Shown here: one piece after another, positions 20,670 to 23,078 of the stretch
Layout: every line of letters starts with the position of its first letter
Numbering within the stretch: the first letter of the stretch is position 1
Assembly (NCBI GenBank): GCA_964535425.1
Contig: CAZHSZ010000012.1
Location: 1 to 23,078 of the forward strand
Direction: 5' to 3'
Source of the DNA: an uncultured Candidatus Saccharibacteria bacterium
GTDB taxonomy: Bacteria; Patescibacteriota; Minisyncoccia; Phycocordibacterales; Phycocordibacteraceae
DNA length: 23,078 bases
Position numbers and translations under genes: made by a program
The notes under the pieces: generated by a model
What the model saw: only the letters and a program-made list of their open reading frames with translations
What the model was told of the DNA's origin: nothing
The model's database searches: none

Positions 20670-22316
20670 ATGGAAGAGTCGATACGAAAAGCGACCGAAA
20701 AAGCGCTCCTTGCGCTTGGCGGAAGCGATATTCGGTTTGCGGTCGAGTGGCCTGCGGACCTCTCGCATGGCGATTTTGCCGTAAATGCCGCCATGGCAGG
20801 AGCCAAGGCGCTCGGGAAGAATCCGAAGGCGCTCGCCGAGGAGCTCGCGCCGCTGATACAAAAGGAACTCGGAGCGGACGTTGAATCAGTGACGGTCGCG
20901 GGCCCGGGTTTCATAAACATAAAACTCTCAGCTGAAGCGATTCGTGCGCAGGTGGCGCGTGCCGTAGACGAAGGCGAGAAATGGGGAAGGGGAACGGAAC
21001 AGGACGGGAGGCGCATCATCGTCGAGTACTCCTGCCCGAACCCGTTCAAGGAGATGCATATCGGGCACCTGATGAGTACCGTCATCGGCGAGGCGGTCTC
21101 GCGCGTTATTGAAAACTCGGGAGCGACGATTGCACGCGATTCCTACGGAGGTGATGTGGGCCCGCACGTGGCGAAAGCGCTCTGGGCACTCCGGCGTGAC
21201 GGGGTGACGGATGTCGCGGACGCATCCGAAGTAGATAAGGCGTACGCGCACGGAAGCAAGGCGTATGAGGCGAGCGAGGAAGCGAAGGCGGAGATAGATG
21301 CGTTGAATGTCGAAGTATATAAAGGCGAAGACCCAGAACTGATGAATCTCTGGCGCAAGTCGCGCGAAGTGTGCCTTGAGGCGTTTCGTGAACTCTATGC
21401 GGTGCTTGGAACAAAGTTCGATTATTTCTTTTTTGAAAGCGACACTGCAGCCATCGGAACCGAAAAAGTGAAGGAAGCGCTTTCGCGCGGCGTGTTTGCG
21501 GAGAGCGATGGAGCCGTCATTTACGAAGGGGAAAAGAAAGGACTCCACACGCTCGTGTTCCTCACTGGAAGGGGCACGCCTACCTATGAAGCAAAGGAAA
21601 TCGGCCTCGCGTTTTACAAGGAGGAGCGCTGGCCGTCCGATGTCTCCTACATCCTCACGGCTGCGGAGCAAATCGGCCACTTTATGGTGGTAAAGGCAGC
21701 GCTTGAAGACATCGCACCGGCGCTCGGAAGGAAGACGCACCACATACCGCATGGGTTTATGCGTCTCACCACCGGCAAGATGTCGTCGCGCGAAGGGAAC
21801 ACGGTCACCGCGCGCGGACTCCTCGCCGAAGTGATTGAAAAGGCGCGCGAGAAAAACGAAGACCCGATTGTCGCCGAGCAGGTGGCTGTCGCCGCTATCA
21901 AGTACATGATTTTGCGCCAGGCGGCAGGCGGCGACATCATCTTCGATCCCGAGCAATCGCTCTCGCTTGAAGGGGAGTCAGGTCCCTATCTTCAGTACGC
22001 GCTCGTACGCGCCCGGAAAATTCTTTCGTACGGGGAGAGTACGGGAGGAGAAGAAGTACCTGCCGAACCGTATGCGATTGAGCATCTCATCATCCGATTC
22101 CCTGAGGTCGCTGCACGTGCCGCGCGCGAGCATGCTCCTCACTATGTCGCACAGTACCTGACAACGCTCGCCGCTGCGTGGAATTCCTTCTATGCATCCG
22201 AACAGGTGCTCGGCAGCCCCGAAGAGGCGTACAAGCAGCGGATGGCGAAAGCGTTTGCGACGACCATGGAAAACGGGCTTCGTATATTGGGCATCCCTAC
22301 GCCGAAAAAGATGTAA
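20670..22316 (+). CDS. argS: arginine--tRNA ligase
   Basis: 548 aa with the HIGH-type motif NPFKEMHIGHL, the KMSK-type motif GKMSSREG, and a C-terminal anticodon-binding DALR-like region. Confidence 0.9.
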   Translation: MEESIRKATEKALLALGGSDIRFAVEWPADLSHGDFAVNAAMAGAKALGKNPKALAEELAPLIQKELGADVESVTVAGPGFINIKLSAEAIRAQVARAVDEGEKWGRGTEQDGRRIIVEYSCPNPFKEMHIGHLMSTVIGEAVSRVIENSGATIARDSYGGDVGPHVAKALWALRRDGVTDVADASEVDKAYAHGSKAYEASEEAKAEIDALNVEVYKGEDPELMNLWRKSREVCLEAFRELYAVLGTKFDYFFFESDTAAIGTEKVKEALSRGVFAESDGAVIYEGEKKGLHTLVFLTGRGTPTYEAKEIGLAFYKEERWPSDVSYILTAAEQIGHFMVVKAALEDIAPALGRKTHHIPHGFMRLTTGKMSSREGNTVTARGLLAEVIEKAREKNEDPIVAEQVAVAAIKYMILRQAAGGDIIFDPEQSLSLEGESGPYLQYALVRARKILSYGESTGGEEVPAEPYAIEHLIIRFPEVAARAAREHAPHYVAQYLTTLAAAWNSFYASEQVLGSPEEAYKQRMAKAFATTMENGLRILGIPTPKKM

Positions 22317-22334
22317 ATGCTAGGATGGGGCGAT

Positions 22335-23078
22335 ATGGCCGAGAAGGACACTAAGTCGGATGCCGCAAAGCGCGAAGAGCGCATACTGGCCTGGTGGAAG
22401 GAGAATCAGATTTTTGAGCGCTCCGTCGAGAAGCCGTCGCCTGCCGGTGAGTTCGTCTTCTACGAAGGACCGCCCACCGCAAACGGTCGTCCCGGCATAC
22501 ACCACCTCGAATCCCGCTCCTTTAAGGACGCCATCCCGCGCTACAAGACTATGCGCGGCTACAGGGTGCCGCGCAGAGCCGGCTGGGACACGCATGGCCT
22601 TCCGGTTGAGCTTGAGGTGGAGAAGGAGCTTGGTTTCTCGGGTAAGCCTGACATAGAGAAGTACGGAGTCGCCGCGTTCAATAAAAAGTGCCGCGAGAGC
22701 GTTTTGAAATACATCGATGAGTGGAGCCGATTCACCGAGCGCATAGGGTACTGGACGGACCAGGACAAGGCGTACTTCACGTTCAACGCTCCCTATATGG
22801 AGTCGCTCTTCTCCATCCTGAAGAAGGTGCACGAGGACGGCCGCAGGTATAAGGATGACAAAGTCCTGCCGTGGTGCACGCGCTGCGGTACCGCGCTTTC
22901 AAGCCACGAGCTTGCGCAGGGCTATGCGGAAGTGAAGGACCTGTCGGTCACGGCGAAGTTCGAATTGGTGGAGGAGCCTGGCACCTACCTCCTTGCGTGG
23001 ACGACGACGCCGTGGACTCTGCCGGGTAACGTCGCGCTTGCGGTAGGGAAGGATATTTCCTACACGTACGTGCAGGCG
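22335..23078 (+). CDS. ileS: isoleucine--tRNA ligase, 5' partial, runs off the window
   Basis: The frame is open to the window end. Motifs are FYEGPPTANGRPGIHHL (HIGH region), GWDTHGLPVELEVEKELG, WCTRCGTALS and TTTPWTLPGN. An alternative in-frame start at 22317 abuts the argS stop. Confidence 0.85.
   Translation, partial: MAEKDTKSDAAKREERILAWWKENQIFERSVEKPSPAGEFVFYEGPPTANGRPGIHHLESRSFKDAIPRYKTMRGYRVPRRAGWDTHGLPVELEVEKELGFSGKPDIEKYGVAAFNKKCRESVLKYIDEWSRFTERIGYWTDQDKAYFTFNAPYMESLFSILKKVHEDGRRYKDDKVLPWCTRCGTALSSHELAQGYAEVKDLSVTAKFELVEEPGTYLLAWTTTPWTLPGNVALAVGKDISYTYVQA

Noticed and set aside
20928-21956. 342-aa minus-strand ORF antisense to argS. Similar long antisense ORFs lie at 19522-20334 (glyA), 2286-3245 (pilM), 16976-17689 (dcd) and 18136-18696 (thyA).
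   Set aside because: These ORFs are typical of moderately GC-rich DNA opposite real genes. They have R/L/S-rich low-complexity translations and no motifs, and each fully overlaps a confidently identified gene.
1-23078. CRISPR arrays, cas genes, integrases, transposases, reverse transcriptases, restriction-modification genes or known toxin-antitoxin genes
   Set aside because: I saw no tandem direct-repeat array and no ORF with recognisable motifs of these families on either strand. Apart from the loci listed in the findings, the window is dominated by housekeeping genes.

Overview
This is a housekeeping-rich chromosomal segment. Hand counts give about 57% GC in typical genes, with two AT-rich patches. 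The gene content suggests a small-genome bacterium, possibly Candidate Phyla Radiation or Parcubacteria-like; this is inference only. The supporting signs are pilM-pilN-pilO without a secretin, many tiny membrane proteins, DUF5652- and DUF2061-like ORFs, 4-nt ATGA gene overlaps and scattered single tRNAs. I call 35 CDSs and six tRNAs. The CDSs include ruvX, a CsaA-like tRNA-binding protein, pilMNO, acyP, uppS, a split lycopene-cyclase-domain pair, an RluA-family synthase, rplS, mscL, a ZIP transporter, a SIMPL protein and secE-nusG-rplK. They also include a thymidylate/folate supercluster (folA, 5-FCL, dcd and thyA, divergent from tmk and glyA), argS and the 5' part of ileS. The tRNAs are Ser-UGA, Arg-UCU, Leu-CAG, Val-UAC, Leu-GAG and His-GUG, most followed by a clear hairpin terminator. 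Four things are not explained by ordinary annotation. (1) Two collinear ~130-nt structured elements follow tRNA-Leu(GAG) and tRNA-His. Each starts with a perfect 17-18 nt inverted copy of its own tRNA's 3' end, and they share conserved blocks and compensatory stem changes. A miniature tRNA-like version sits after tRNA-Val. (2) A ~90-nt three-stem hairpin repeat occurs twice, after the SIMPL gene and between thyA and dcd. (3) Operon-first genes almost always have a TANNNT box 6-8 nt upstream of the ATG and no Shine-Dalgarno sequence, which suggests leaderless mRNAs. (4) An orphan two-gene operon (417-aa coiled-coil protein plus 81-aa acidic protein) is bracketed by tRNA genes. All functional assignments come from motif recognition by eye, not from database searches.
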